A DNA stretch of 64,000 bases from Monocercomonoides exilis PA203 (Eukaryota; Protista; Preaxostyla), in assembly GCA_001643675.2 (NCBI GenBank), contig LSRY02000001.1, positions 1,984,001 to 2,048,000 on the forward strand, in the 5' to 3' direction. The notes below the pieces were generated by a model. The model had not been told where the DNA came from, did no database searches, and saw nothing but the letters and a program-made list of their open reading frames with translations. Shown piece after piece: positions 63,371-64,000 of this stretch (positions are counted from its first letter, which is position 1; each line of letters begins with the position of its first letter). A program made the position numbers and the translations under genes.

Positions 63371-63484
63371 TAATTTGAATAAACGTGCTAAATTTAAAAT
63401 ATACCAACTTCATTTAAAATAAACTAACTTTATTTGAATTAAATGTGTTTATTTGAATTGAAGAAGTTTATTCAAATTTCATCT
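63371..63484. repeat. Right terminal array of element B (6 palindromic 12-mers)
   Basis: Units near 63371, 63390, 63410, 63430, 63449 and 63468, ending TTCATCT. Confidence 0.78.
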
Positions 63485-64000
63485 ATTATTTGAATTTAAC
63501 ATTTCATTTAGCTATTCTTTTTGTATTTTTTTTATATGTATGTGTGAGTGAAATCTGTTTCAATAGAAAAGTTCATAATTCAGAATTTTCAACTGGTATC
63601 GAAGTTATTCACAGTTTAATTAAAATAACAGCAACTAAAGAAAGAAAGAATGTAAGAAAGACATATATATATATATATGGGGCGAAATTTTCTTTTTCCA
63701 AATTTTGTTCCACCCGTAATTTTAGACAAAAATTTCAACAAAAAATTAAATAATTCACTGAATATTTTTTAAACTTCAATTTTTATAAAAAAATAATAAT
63801 AATAAACATTTATTTACCTGGGAAACTGATTCTGGACCCAAGTCCTGCATGTTACTCTATCATTAAGAAATTATAAAGCAACAGGATTGAATCAGTCTAG
63901 TCCTCAACCGAATAAAATTCGGTTTCATTGGATAAGCATAAACAAATATTTATTATTTCAAAGTCAATTAAACTTTTATTTTTTATTAATTAATTAGTTT

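Larger units (their letters stand above)
58981..63484. mobile_element. TIR element B (4504 bp), same end family as 35392-39516, carrying a different surface-protein gene fragment
   Basis: ATT|AGATGAAATTTGAATAA ... TTATTCAAATTTCATCT|ATT, a perfect 17-bp terminal IR, with 12-mer arrays at 58986-59112 and 63371-63484. Confidence 0.75.

Noticed and set aside
63811-63880. ACCCAAGTCC and TTAAGAAATTATA shared with sequence right of element A (39537, ~39726)
   Set aside because: Short matches at inconsistent spacing in AT-rich DNA; cannot be separated from chance.

Overview
AT-rich eukaryotic DNA with short GT-AG introns and the standard genetic code. The gene families present suggest an oxymonad such as Monocercomonoides; this is inferred from family style, not from a search. 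Host-type genes: (i) five members or relics of a giant Cys-rich GG[AG]I beta-helix surface-protein family, one ending in a TM helix plus a catalytically dead kinase C-lobe; (ii) a 9-domain divergent ubiquitin-like chain with no GG motif; (iii) a helical lineage-specific gene; (iv) an EF-hand-like/WD40 gene with large poly-Ser insertions; (v) a WW+FF (TCERG1/PRP40-type) gene. Mobile DNA: a full-length DIRS1-like tyrosine-recombinase retrotransposon (14525-19167) with readable ITRs, ICR and ATC crossover core, plus several foldback/MITE palindromes (20839-21830, a diverged sister at about 34391-35381, 32541-32941, and decayed ones). The most novel signal is two 4.1-4.5 kb elements (35392-39516 and 58981-63484). 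Both have identical AGATGAA...TTCATCT termini, AAT/ATT flanking duplications and arrays of 6-7 palindromic 12-mers spaced about 19-21 bp apart at each end. Each encloses a different decayed fragment of the beta-helix surface-protein family and no visible transposase. This is a candidate Pack-type gene-capturing transposon system.
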